From: Candidatus Roizmanbacteria bacterium RIFCSPLOWO2_01_FULL_40_14 | GTDB lineage: Bacteria; Patescibacteriota; Microgenomatia; GCA-001788215; 2-01-FULL-40-14 | Reading direction: 5' to 3' | Assembly (NCBI GenBank): GCA_001788215.1 | Contig: MGAO01000032.1 | Location: 184 to 44,877 of the forward strand | Length of the DNA: 44,694 nt | Part shown: positions 40,491 to 44,694 of the stretch, in pieces | Numbering within the stretch: position 1 is the first letter of the stretch | Layout: every line of letters starts with the position of its first letter | Notes under the pieces: model-generated | The model's database searches: none | Told to the model about the DNA's origin: nothing | Seen by the model: only the letters and a program-made list of their open reading frames with translations | Position numbers and translations under genes: made by a program

Positions 40491-41191
40491 ATCTTGTTTC
40501 TAATATCGAAAAAGAGGCCCTTTATCCATAATATTGCCGTTAAAGCCAAATAAGTAAGTATTACTATCATGTCCATCGAGGAAGAAACCATTGGTGTGAT
40601 ATTCGTTCCTCCTGATCCACAACGAATATCGATATATAATGTTTGAATAAAGTTAAAGCTACCTGGAGCGTCTCCACAATCAGAAGGGTTTAGAGCCATA
40701 GTAACTAGCTGAGCAAGAAATACACCCATAAATAATAATGTACTTTTGAATTTAAAATTAAAACTTATTTTTTTAAGATAGGTACGGGTGAGAATGATAA
40801 GTGTAGTTACAAACAATGCTGAGAAGAAGCCCAGATAGAGAAATCCAAGATACATAGCTGTCCATCCGTCTACCAATGTTTGCGTCATCAATGATACAGA
40901 ATAGTACAGATACAACAATACTATCAGTAAAAAGCCTTTATAGTTTATATTCTGTTTATTTTTATGTAAATATATAAGCCAGATAACAAAGACTGAAAGG
41001 ATAAAGAGAATATTTATTAAATTAAGCCTTGCTGAGTTATTCTCAAACGTCTCATAGGCAGTCCTGTATGCTGAACTATAGCTCGCCTCGTATGGGATAC
41101 TATCTAATTTCAATAATTCAAGTCGCCACAAGTAAGGAAATACAACGAGGTCGACAATGAGGAAAATCGTATTAATGATTCCAAAGATCAT
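40487..41191 (-). CDS. Hypothetical polytopic membrane protein
   Basis: About 6 hydrophobic helices and no recognisable motif. It is convergent with the femAB-like gene, and the two 3' ends overlap by 4 nt. Confidence 0.5.
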   Translation of the reverse strand: MIFGIINTIFLIVDLVVFPYLWRLELLKLDSIPYEASYSSAYRTAYETFENNSARLNLINILFILSVFVIWLIYLHKNKQNINYKGFLLIVLLYLYYSVSLMTQTLVDGWTAMYLGFLYLGFFSALFVTTLIILTRTYLKKISFNFKFKSTLLFMGVFLAQLVTMALNPSDCGDAPGSFNFIQTLYIDIRCGSGGTNITPMVSSSMDMIVILTYLALTAILWIKGLFFDIRNKI

Positions 41192-41263
41192 AGAATTCTA
41201 CTATTTATAGTAGCATAACTCTATAAAACAGTATAGTGCAAAACTGTATGTTTCTTCCAAAAA

Positions 41264-41272
41264 TGCTATAAT
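41264..41272 (+). promoter_or_regulatory. Extended -10 element TGCTATAAT, 7 nt upstream of the dgkA ATG (leaderless start candidate)
   Basis: TGnTATAAT at 41264-41272 and ATG at 41280. Confidence 0.45.
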
Positions 41273-41279
41273 TTACCAT

Positions 41280-41630
41280 ATGCTCAAAAGTTTCACGCAC
41301 GCAATCGAAGGGATTGCAACCGCATTCCGTCAACATCCGAATTTTCGCATTCATACGGTAACGGCAATAGTTGTCATCATGACGTCGTTTGCTCTTCAGA
41401 TTACTCGGATTGAATTTTTGATCGTCATATTTACGATAAACCTCATGTTTATCGTAGAAATGGTGAATACGTCAGTTGAAGAAATTACCAATTTAGTTAC
41501 TATTAAATGGGCAAAACAGGCTAAAAACGCAAAAGATGTCGCGGCAGGAATGGCCCTTCTTACGGCTATTAGTTCTGTTATAGTAGGTATTGTTATATTC
41601 GGCCCATATCTTATAGAACTAATGTCGTGA
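41280..41630 (+). CDS. dgkA: Prokaryotic diacylglycerol / undecaprenol kinase family protein
   Basis: 116 aa with 3 TM helices. RIHTVTAIVVI...EMVNTSVEEI...AKDVAAGMALL. Confidence 0.85.
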   Translation: MLKSFTHAIEGIATAFRQHPNFRIHTVTAIVVIMTSFALQITRIEFLIVIFTINLMFIVEMVNTSVEEITNLVTIKWAKQAKNAKDVAAGMALLTAISSVIVGIVIFGPYLIELMS

Positions 41631-41636
41631 TCTATC

Positions 41637-42692
41637 ATGTCTCATCTCGCATTTCTACTTGGTTTACTGATTATTTCTTTTTTGGTACATAGTCTTTTTT
41701 TTGTACCCTATATTAATCTGCTCTATCGCATCAAGTTTCAGAGACTGGAGCAAAGAACAAAAGATGCATTCGGTAAGCTGACTCCCATATTTGACCGGTT
41801 TCATAAAAAAAAGGCGGGAGTCCCCGTGGGCGGCGGGCTTCTGATTATTCTCATTACACTTGCTCTCTACGGCGTTTCATTTCTCACTCTCTATTATTTA
41901 AAAGAATGGTATCCAATAACCTCTCTCTATCCGGAGCTCATTGAAGAAATTAAAATTGTTTTATTTACCTTCATCGCCTTTGCCATCATTGGATTTTATG
42001 ATGATTTTAGAAAAACGTTCCTGCCAAAAAATCAGGACTTTTTTGGACTCCGTTTGCGGCATAAACTGATTCTTCAGCTGATCATTTCATCTATTAGTGC
42101 GTACTGGCTCTATACCCTTCTTGATATTTCATTTATTTATGTTCCACTCGTTGAATGGAGACTGCCCATTGGATTTTGGTATGTGCCGTTTGCCGCCTTT
42201 GTCATACTATCCTTTGCAAATGCCTTCAATATTACAGATGGTCTTGATGGGCTTTCAAGCGGCGTTCTCGTCATTGCACTTATCGCATTTTGGGTAATAT
42301 CGGCCGGTCTTCTCGATACACCGCTCTCAGTGTTTATCCCGCTTCTTCTGGGTGGACTTATTGCATTTCTCTATTTCAATGTATATCCCGCTCGGATTAT
42401 TTTAGGCGATGTCGGCGCACTCTCGTTTGGCGCCACGTTTGCGGTGATTGGACTCATGTTGGGAAAACCATTTACCCTCGTTATCATCGGAGGAATATAT
42501 GTTGTCGAAGCGGTAACATCACTCATCCAGCTTTTTTGGAAACGGTTTTACCATAAAAAACTGATGCCCGTGGCGCCGCTTCATTTATATCTTCAATATC
42601 TCGGGTGGGAAGAGCCAAAAATCGTCATGCGACTTTGGCTGGTCAGCATGATGCTTGCGGTATTTGGTTTGTGGCTTTCACTTTTAAGATAA
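41637..42692 (+). CDS. mraY: Phospho-N-acetylmuramoyl-pentapeptide transferase
   Basis: GFYDDF...NAFNITDGLDGL...NVYPARIILGDVGALSFG...APLHLYLQ. Confidence 0.95.
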   Translation: MSHLAFLLGLLIISFLVHSLFFVPYINLLYRIKFQRLEQRTKDAFGKLTPIFDRFHKKKAGVPVGGGLLIILITLALYGVSFLTLYYLKEWYPITSLYPELIEEIKIVLFTFIAFAIIGFYDDFRKTFLPKNQDFFGLRLRHKLILQLIISSISAYWLYTLLDISFIYVPLVEWRLPIGFWYVPFAAFVILSFANAFNITDGLDGLSSGVLVIALIAFWVISAGLLDTPLSVFIPLLLGGLIAFLYFNVYPARIILGDVGALSFGATFAVIGLMLGKPFTLVIIGGIYVVEAVTSLIQLFWKRFYHKKLMPVAPLHLYLQYLGWEEPKIVMRLWLVSMMLAVFGLWLSLLR

Positions 42693-42704
42693 TCTACAAA
42701 ACTT

Positions 42705-44051
42705 ATGAACTTCAAGAACAAACGAATTACCATTATGGGGATTGGAATGCTGGGTGGCGGTGTCGGGACAGCGCAGTTTTTTTCTGAGCGCGGCACGCGG
42801 GTGCTCGTGACTGACCTTAAATCGAAGGATGAATTGAAATCATCTCTGGACCGGCTGGCAGATTATCCTATCGAATATGTGTTGGGTGAGCATCGGGATC
42901 AAGACTTTATCGAAACGGATATGGTCATCAGAAATCCTGCGGTACCCGAAGATTCAAAATATCTTCAAATTGCCCGTGATCATCATGTTCCCGTTGAAAT
43001 GGCTGAAAGTCTCTTTTTAAAATTATCCCCGACAAAACAGATAATTGGTGTTACGGGAACGCGCGGAAAAAGTACGACGACGGCCATGATACATCATATT
43101 TTAAAACTGGCGGGAAAAGATGTCTATCTTGCGGGAAACCAGAAAAACACGTCAACACTATTATTGCTCAACATGGTTACTAAGGATTCAATCGTCGTTC
43201 TGGAACTTTCAAGTTGGCAGACTGAGAGTTTTGGATGGCATACGATGAGCCCGCATATTGCCGTTATCACCAATATTTATCCCGATCATCTGAATCGGTA
43301 TACGTCGATGGAGCAATATATTAACGCAAAATCGAACATATTCCGTTTTCAAAAAAAATCTGACTATCTTGTCCTCAATAAAGACGTTGAACAATTAACA
43401 TTTCTTGCAAAAAAGGCTGCTTCAAAGGTACTTTGGTTTTCCCGTTGGGAGTATCCCCGATACAATATGAAACTCTATGGGAATCACAACCAAGAAAACG
43501 CTGCTGCTGCTCGATCCGTATGCAGTTTATATGCCATAGATGAACAACTTATCAGAAAGGTAATTGAAACATTTAGTCCGTTATCAGGACGACTTGAAAA
43601 GGTTGGTACGATCAGTGGTGTCGATATAATTAATGACACTGCGTCAACAACGCCCGTTGCCGGTATACGTGCTCTTGAATCATTTCCTCGAAAGAAGATA
43701 ATCATGATTCTTGGAGGCAATAACAAGAAGTTACCGCTTGAAGATCTGAGATATGAGATTAACCTCCGTGCTAAAGCAGTTGTTTTGATTCCAGGTACCG
43801 GTACTGAAGAAATTCGTCCTCTTTTAGAAAAGTCGAAACATATACCTTCGATAAGCTCGACGAACACATTATTAGAGGCAATTCATCAAGCACTCGATGT
43901 TTCTCAACCAGGTGATGTCATTCTGTTTTCTCCTTCATTTACATCATTTGGACAGTTTAAAAATGAATTTGAAAGAGGGGAGGTATTTAATGATGCGGCG
44001 AATAAAGCGATTACGGCCCACCGGGAAAAAACGGATACCCGTCGCGACTAA
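42705..44051 (+). CDS. murD: UDP-N-acetylmuramoylalanine--D-glutamate ligase
   Basis: ITIMGIGMLGGGVGTAQF (Rossmann N-domain)...GVTGTRGKSTTT...NIYPDHLNR. Confidence 0.95.
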   Translation: MNFKNKRITIMGIGMLGGGVGTAQFFSERGTRVLVTDLKSKDELKSSLDRLADYPIEYVLGEHRDQDFIETDMVIRNPAVPEDSKYLQIARDHHVPVEMAESLFLKLSPTKQIIGVTGTRGKSTTTAMIHHILKLAGKDVYLAGNQKNTSTLLLLNMVTKDSIVVLELSSWQTESFGWHTMSPHIAVITNIYPDHLNRYTSMEQYINAKSNIFRFQKKSDYLVLNKDVEQLTFLAKKAASKVLWFSRWEYPRYNMKLYGNHNQENAAAARSVCSLYAIDEQLIRKVIETFSPLSGRLEKVGTISGVDIINDTASTTPVAGIRALESFPRKKIIMILGGNNKKLPLEDLRYEINLRAKAVVLIPGTGTEEIRPLLEKSKHIPSISSTNTLLEAIHQALDVSQPGDVILFSPSFTSFGQFKNEFERGEVFNDAANKAITAHREKTDTRRD

Positions 44052-44694
44052 ATCGTTCGGGAGACGTACATCCTGGAATATTATTATTCTCGTCTTTGGA
44101 TTGGCACTCTTTGGATTGACGATGATTTTTAATGTCTCAGCCCTTTCAGCACTTTCAGATTTTGGAGATAAATTTTATTATGTTAAAGAGCAGGCGCAGT
44201 GGTTCGCGGTCGGGACGATTGTCATGATATTTCTCATGCATATGAACTATCGACAGCTGCAATTGATAGCAATTCCGCTGCTCTTAAGTACGTTTGCACT
44301 TCTTGCAGCAGTATTTTTACCCGGTATCGGTATACGTGCATACGGCGCTTCCCGCTGGGTCGATCTTGGCTTTATTACGGTACAGCCGGCTGAACTTGCT
44401 AAGCTGACGCTTATCATATACCTTGCTGCGTGGTTTAGTAATAAGGAGGAAAAACGATTGACCAGCTTTTTGGTTTTGTTAGGTTTAATTATTGGTCCCG
44501 TCATTTTACAACCTGACTTGGGTACCTCTGTTGTGCTGGTTACTATTTCACTGGCCATGTATTTTTTGTCCGGTGCTCCGTTTTGGCATTTTGGTATGTT
44601 AGTTCCCGTGGTAGGGGCTGGTATTGCCGGTCTTGCCATCTCAGCGCCCTACCGCATGCAGCGCGTATTAACATTCTTAAATCCGTCAGCCGAC
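43990..44694 (+). CDS. ftsW: SEDS-family peptidoglycan glycosyltransferase FtsW/RodA, 3'-truncated by the window edge
   Basis: Not in the ORF track because it runs off the end. GGAGG lies 6 nt upstream of ATG 43990. It reads MMRRIKRLRPTGKKRIPVATKSFGRRTSWNIIILVFGLALFGL...VQPAELAKLTLIIYLAAW...LQPDLGTSVV. It overlaps the murD 3' end by 62 nt. Confidence 0.85.
   Translation, partial: MMRRIKRLRPTGKKRIPVATKSFGRRTSWNIIILVFGLALFGLTMIFNVSALSALSDFGDKFYYVKEQAQWFAVGTIVMIFLMHMNYRQLQLIAIPLLLSTFALLAAVFLPGIGIRAYGASRWVDLGFITVQPAELAKLTLIIYLAAWFSNKEEKRLTSFLVLLGLIIGPVILQPDLGTSVVLVTISLAMYFLSGAPFWHFGMLVPVVGAGIAGLAISAPYRMQRVLTFLNPSAD

Noticed and set aside
44247-44639. 130-aa minus-strand ORF
   Set aside because: It is antisense to a clear FtsW/SEDS reading frame (43990-end) with conserved motifs, so it is a shadow ORF.
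1-44694. Alternative genetic code (UGA as Gly, code 25) as in some CPR lineages
   Set aside because: TGA terminates many ORFs exactly where the next gene starts (ATGA/GTGA overlaps at 152, 5586, 10568, 16808 and 20694). Conserved proteins such as MurC, MurB and MurE end at TGA at their expected lengths, and no in-frame TGA interrupts conserved domains.

Overview
This is an AT-rich (about 40% GC by eye), tightly packed bacterial contig transcribed almost entirely on the + strand, with many ATGA or 8-nt start/stop overlaps. TGA, TAA and TAG all act as stops, so it uses the standard code. Several traits suggest a Candidate Phyla Radiation / Patescibacteria (Microgenomates-like) genome, but this is inference, not proof. 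The traits are an N-terminally short MurE, a split GlmU, a DUF4012 protein, many GT-C/GT4/GT2 enzymes, and small GTCA...TGAC palindromic repeats whose translations give ...IASLRSQ / VIPAGRAGI-type peptides.

There are three blocks:
1. 1-14.4 kb is a surface-glycan / protein-glycosylation cluster. It holds an acetyltransferase tail, 2 GT2, 3 GT4, a GT39-like GT-C, a 1010-aa Wzy_C + TMTC-like GT-C fusion, a cupin, a ManC-like enzyme, a polyprenyl-phosphate sugar phosphotransferase and DUF4012. recO and a small anchored protein follow at 14.4-15.4 kb.
2. 15.5-32.4 kb and 38.2-44.7 kb form an expanded dcw/peptidoglycan supercluster: mraZ-rsmH-ftsL-ftsI-murE-pgeF-murC-murB-murA-glmU(N)/glmU(C), trmB<>glmS, yerC-like, yvcK-like, hydrolase, murF ... 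degT-like, femAB-like, dgkA, mraY, murD, ftsW.
3. 32.4-38.1 kb is an accessory island that splits murF from mraY. It carries a repeat-disrupted DUF167 gene, a small ORF, a MazG-like NTP pyrophosphatase coupled to a putative PUA/EVE-like + PD-(D/E)xK nuclease, an Excalibur protein, lexA divergent from a DUF3467 gene, a thioredoxin-CcdA fusion and a YdjM-like hydrolase.

The best candidate for an undescribed system is the MazG + EVE-like nuclease operon (33006-34508), possibly a modified-nucleotide / modified-DNA surveillance module. Other notable signals:
- a family of structured palindromic repeats sitting exactly on mur gene junctions, some inside coding sequence
- two 28-bp 11-6-11 imperfect palindromes flanking the yerC-like gene
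- a candidate LexA operator shared by divergent promoters
- recurrent TGnTATAAT elements 6-7 nt upstream of ATG starts, suggesting leaderless mRNAs
- MraZ-box repeats at 10-bp phasing
- a Cys-to-Asp MurA active site

No tRNA, rRNA, CRISPR array or transposase gene was recognised. All functional calls rest on motif recognition by eye. No database search was run.
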